A stretch of DNA of 64,000 nt from Zootoca vivipara (taxonomy: Eukaryota): positions 50,096,001-50,160,000 of the forward strand of contig NC_083276.1 of the NCBI RefSeq assembly GCF_963506605.1. The letters run 5' to 3'. The position numbers and the translations under genes are program-made. Shown here in pieces: positions 60,113 through 64,000 of this stretch; the first letter of the stretch is position 1, and each line of letters begins with the position of its first letter. The notes beneath the pieces were generated by a model that saw only the letters and a list, made by a program, of their open reading frames with translations, ran no database searches and was not told the DNA's origin.

Positions 60113-62214
60113 AGAGTCCTGTCACTACATAACTCCCCAGAGCGCTTTCGCATGTTCTTGCGCCAGCTGAAATGGGAACTGCATGTGAGCTGGGCTTCTG
60201 CTTTCTGTGCTCCTTCTGCGGTCATGGGGAGATGCACATGACAACAATTAATTAATTAATATCCTGGTTGACTATTTTCATAATCAAAATCAGAAGGTCT
60301 TCCAAGAAAATATGCATTAAAAAGTATGGTGTGCTCTTAAGGTTTTCTGGGAACAGTTTCTGACATCAAATTCCTGCTCTGTCCAGTTGATCAGCCCTAA
60401 ATTGGCTGCTGTGTCACAATCTGGGAAGGCCTATAGGCTAGAGGTAGAGTACACACACTTTGCCTGCATAAGGTTCCAGATTCAATCCCCTGTAATAAAT
60501 AAAATCCTCTGCTTGAGACTCTGGATGGTTGTCCCTAGCAGAGCACAGAGCTAGGTGGGCCAATGATCTGATGGTGTATGCAAAGGATCTTCATGTGTTT
60601 GTGGGGCTGAGCTCATGCTTTGCACACCAAAGTTCCCAGACTCAGTTCCAAAAATTTCCAGTTGAAAAATTATGCCTCTATCAGGGCTGGAGATCTCCTG
60701 ACAGCTTTTTTTAGGTCACCCTAACATCCTGTTGTAAAAACTTACATGTTGCTGAATCAAATATTATGATCAGAATGCAAACCAACTTATAAGCAAGGGC
60801 TATGACTTAACTTCTTTGTGGATCAGAATTTCCCAAAGTGGCTGAATCACTTGGGCCCAATGGGCTGTATCTTTGTCTGAGTCACAACAGGTGACTAATG
60901 CATACCGTGGGCTCGTAATGTGGGAACTTACATTGAGTGGTGGTCCACAGTTAGTATTTCATATCGTATCAAATATCATAGTATTTCATTTGCTTGCTCA
61001 TTCACCTTGGTGAGAAACAACTCTTTTTGGGCAATTAGCTGATGAGACTGACCACTCAAGAGGCCCATTATGCTCACAAAGTTACAAGGGAATGAGTAGT
61101 ATGCTGCAAACAGTTTTGATGGAATGGTGCATTTATACTGATCTTCAAAGCTTTTAAAATATATTAATAAAGGAATATGGGGGGGGGAGAGGGGGGGAAA
61201 GAAGGGATGTCTAGTTTTCCAAATTCTCTAGATAGAAGGCCCATATGCTGCCATCACACTAGGCCAAACCATGGCTCAGTGCAAACACATGTCTCCAGGA
61301 GAGGAGGTTCTTTCAGTTATACGGGCTGAGTCTTAGTCATGAAAATCATAATATTGGGACAAGAGGACAAATAAACAATAAAGCACGATGACTCCCAGTG
61401 CACAGATTGCAGCAGCTTTGCTCCTTCCAGCTTCCTTTGCTGCTGTGCCATGCTGAGATAAGCCATCGTTTGCCTTAGCATGCCATACAAACTCAGGCCT
61501 GTGTTTTAGCTCTCACAAAAAAAGCACAAACCATAGGACAAACCTTAGTTACAGCTGTGGTTAGTTTGGAGAGAGCAAAACCATGAGCCTGGGCTTCAAC
61601 AGCATGGTAGACTAAACTATGGCTTAGCTCAGCATAGTACAGCAGCAGAACGAGTGAAAAAGCTGCCATTTCCTCGTTGGAAGTCTGCTTGCTCATGCGC
61701 TCATGCTAAGCCATGGTTCAGCTTAGTGTGATGTGCGAAACGGGCCCTTGTCTTGACTTGCAAAGGGATATATTGTCTCCTGTCCCAATATTATGTTCAT
61801 CATTAAGGCAAAGACCTTGTAATAGAAACAACTGCATACTGATTCCCCATTTACCTCGGCCTCTATTTCCCTTCCCTTTATCTGCTATTGCGCTTGTGTC
61901 AATTTTTAGATTGTAAGCTCAGCAGGGCAGGGCCCTGTCCACCTGAGCAAGAATGAATAGCTAAATAAATCATCCTTCTCATCAATAACTGCGATGTTGG
62001 AAATGCCCTTGATGGTTGTTGTTGTTGTTTTTTAAGAACTTCAAGTTCTGGATCTAGAAAGCTTATGGCAGCATTCAAAGCCCTATCACTACACAGATTT
62101 AATTTTACCCGGCGAACCTCAGATGAGGCAGCAAGTTAAAGAAGCATGCTCACATTAATCAAACACACACACACACACACTCCTGATTTTTCCCAATTCA
62201 GTGGAATTATAGAC

Positions 62215-62364
62215 CTTGTTCTTGATCTTTCGTCTAACTCTTTTCAGTGCTTTCTCCTCTGCTTTGGTGAGAGGCAGCTTGGTTGGGATGGGATAGCCCT
62301 CGGCAATCAGGGTACGTTTCTCCTCCTCGGTTAGGAGCAGGGGTCCCGAGGTCCCTTGCAATTT
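62215..62364 (-). CDS. CREB3L1: CREB3L1 exon (region preceding the bZIP and start of the basic region)
   Basis: [50 protein letters not shown]; acceptor cacttacag|, donor |gtctat; 150 nt. Confidence 0.97.
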
Positions 62365-63743
62365 CTGTAAGTGAAAAGGAAAAGCAGGAACATTTTCAGA
62401 ATTCATATCAACAATCCCGTCCCCAACTTTCCCCTGCAAAATGAAGGGCTTTGCCCCCAAAGTCACTATTGTGCTGCTTCAAATTTGGGGTTGATATACT
62501 GCTTTGAGCGGGGTGGGTGGGGAGGTGGGAAGCAGCATTCCTCATTACCACAACCCGAAGGGCCTAACTACAAGTTACATTCATGGCTTCGCACCGTGAA
62601 ACTCCAAATCTCCAGGCAGTCTGAGAACTGTAAAATCTAAGGCAAAACAAAAACAAAAACAAAAAACCCCATGCATGACAGAGGTCAATGTAAATGCCTC
62701 TTGGCTGTCTCCTAGCTCAGACCTGGGTCATGGAGCCTGAGCTTCCACAGACACTGCCTGCCATGGACCAGGATTGGCAGGATAGGCACCAACTGTAACA
62801 GATATGTTCTACCTTTTTGACAATATTTTACTCTCTTGCTAACTATGCTCTTTGAAATGTGCATTTTATATTTGACTTCCTTTAGTAATGTTTTCTTTAG
62901 AAATGTTTCAGATAAAAAAATTACTGTGTTAAATGTGCATTCTGTAGTTTATACCTCCATTGTAATGTTTTATTTTGAAATCTTTAAGGTAAGATTTTAG
63001 TTTCCTGTCAATTATGTTGCTTTGAATGTATACTTTAAGTTTCTTCTGTTTTGTTTAATCCTGTTACGTTTTATTTGACGTTTTAATGTTTAATATTGTA
63101 AACCACTTTGCAATTTCCCCCCTTAAAGATATAAAGCGGTATAGAAATGAAATGAATATGAATAATAAGTAAGTGCCTTAAAATAGCTCCTTTGCCAGTA
63201 GTTATGAATTATTTCAGCATCACGCTTAGAGATGGGTGAATCTGACAATTTCACTTTCTCATTTTTCCAATCTTAAGTCCATCTTGCCCCATTTCTACAT
63301 TAGTTTGCAATTTTTTAAAAAACAAAATTTTGCACAAAAATTAATACAAATTTTTGTGTGCATTTAAATGTACTTTTGTCTACTATATGCATTTTGGCAA
63401 GCAAATTTTCCTGACTTTTTGCACAATATTTTAACTACTATGCACATTTTTAATATGCATATTTTGTTGGGAGAACTCCCATTGCAAAATTCTGAGGAGT
63501 GTGAATTTTGAAGGGCAGCCGCATTTCCATCTGTGCGTTGGTTCAGAAAGTTCAGATTAGGAAAGTTCACACTTAAAATGCAAACCATTTTATTTTCTCC
63601 TCCATCCTTGTCACAATCCTGACCTGTCACACATTCCCGTTGTGCGCCTTATGAGGGGGTCACTGCCCAAAGCCACCCTAAACCTGAACTTCGTGCTCCG
63701 AGCCTTAAGATTCACGACAGGAGCTTCCCAGCTCTGTGCTTAC

Positions 63744-63901
63744 ATGTGGTGCTGTGAGGAGAGGAGAAGAAGAGATTGCTGTGGAGGAGCGTGCAGTAGG
63801 GCGGACTGGGCTGGAGGGAGGGAGGGATCTTGGGCTCTGAGATCCGTCACTGTCACTGCCGTGGCTGCTGGGAGGAGTAGGTGGCATCTGCACCAGGTCA
63901 T
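63744..63901 (-). CDS. CREB3L1: CREB3L1 exon (Ser/Pro-rich region); upstream exons lie outside the window
   Basis: [52 protein letters not shown] matches recalled CREB3L1 rather than CREB3L2; acceptor cattag|, donor |gtaagc; 158 nt. Confidence 0.96.
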
Positions 63902-64000
63902 CTAATGCGGGAGATACAAAGCAGAGGTTAGCAGACAGTAACAGCGCACTGAGTCACGGACAGCGAAGGAGAGAAAGTATTTGATGAGAGAAGAATGGGA

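Noticed and set aside
46702-63901. Alternative identification as CREB3L2
   Set aside because: [36 protein letters not shown] and the DGKZ neighbour all match CREB3L1
1-64000. CRISPR arrays, operons or other prokaryotic-type systems
   Set aside because: Intron-rich vertebrate DNA; all repeats seen are microsatellites, dispersed transposons or LTRs, with no regularly spaced repeat-spacer array

Overview
Vertebrate genomic DNA, most likely from a squamate (lacertid-type lizard), inferred from the repeat content: Sauria SINE, Ther1/Squam3-type SINE, BovB, L2, CR1, Rex-Babar, and many hAT and Tc1/mariner MITEs. Two host genes lie on the minus strand. The first is the 3' half of CREB3L1 (OASIS): eight coding exons between 63901 and 46702, all GT-AG and phase-compatible, covering the bZIP, transmembrane segment, S1P site and stop. 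The second is the first coding exon of the downstream neighbour DGKZ (25565-25833, MAE...RKQVSYR isoform), whose first intron runs off the left end of the window. The standout element sits in that intron: a complete, apparently very young Ty3/Gypsy (Mag-like) LTR retrotransposon at 3544-8458. It has 350-bp LTRs with no mismatch visible by eye, a GTAAG target-site duplication, a perfect 18-nt tRNA-Ser(GCT) primer-binding site, a PPT, and one uninterrupted 1358-aa Gag-Pol ORF with an atypical FFDD RT motif, and it is inserted in the same orientation as DGKZ. The most speculative lead is a candidate unannotated alternative DGKZ first exon (20015-20082) encoding a signal-peptide-like N-terminus behind a MEF2/TATA site. 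I found no convincing wholly new multi-gene system. Family and gene assignments are from recalled knowledge; no database search was run.
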